Source: Callorhinchus milii
Taxonomy: Eukaryota
Reading direction: 5' to 3'
DNA length: 64,000 nt
NCBI RefSeq assembly: GCF_018977255.1
Contig: NW_024704742.1
Span: forward strand, 92,940,001 to 93,004,000
Part shown: in pieces, positions 63,711-64,000 of the stretch
How positions within the stretch are numbered: the first letter of the stretch is position 1
How the letters are laid out: every line of letters begins with the position of its first letter
The notes under the pieces: generated by a model
What the model was told of the DNA's origin: nothing
Seen by the model: only the letters and a program-made list of their open reading frames with translations
Database searches by the model: none
Made by a program: the position numbers and the translations under genes

Positions 63711-64000
63711 TGCATTTATAGGTCAGATCCTATAAGCTGCTTGATCTACACATGCCACTGCAATGTCCCAGGCCACTGACTATTCCTATGGAATTGGCCT
63801 TGTTTACAATCCTGGAGGGAAGCCACAACAGAGAACAATACAACAGGTCTTTGTAACTTCAAAGGAAAAGGATTTCAGAAAGCAATTAAATAGGCTCCTG
63901 GAAAGGATTCTGGTTTATTAAATAACAAGGCAGCTGTGTTGAAGGAAGCTTTTAGGAAGTCGTATTGGTGGTTGGGTGAACCAATCGTCTACTCAAACCT

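Noticed and set aside
1..64000. CRISPR arrays, rRNA genes or prokaryotic operons
   Set aside because: The sequence is vertebrate-type repeat-rich DNA; no repeat-spacer array or rRNA motif was seen.

Overview
AT-rich, repeat-dense vertebrate genomic DNA. The repeat set (tRNA/Deu-domain SINEs, L2 and CR1 LINEs, Penelope-type ends) is consistent with a cartilaginous fish. I found no intact protein-coding gene; the long ORFs in the track are L2 reverse-transcriptase pieces or SINE read-throughs. Between the repeats, on the minus strand from about 57853 down to about 3083, is a series of about 19 exon-like unique segments, many with recognisable splice signals. Nearly all carry stops or frameshifts. 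Their broken translations resemble, in the expected order, motifs I recall from DNAAF8/C16orf71/Daap1, a dynein axonemal assembly factor whose non-mammalian form has an N-terminal DUF4701 region, a disordered region and C-terminal NDK-like repeats. The main hypothesis is a complete but long-dead, intron-containing DNAAF8-like pseudogene of about 55 kb. That call rests on remembered motifs compared by eye, not on a computed alignment. The window also holds a near full-length single-ORF L2 LINE and a tRNA-Ala-derived SINE that shares its 3' tail. There are Penelope-type fragments with hammerhead-ribozyme cores, several MITEs, an unclassified dispersed repeat family, and many nested insertions that give a relative chronology.
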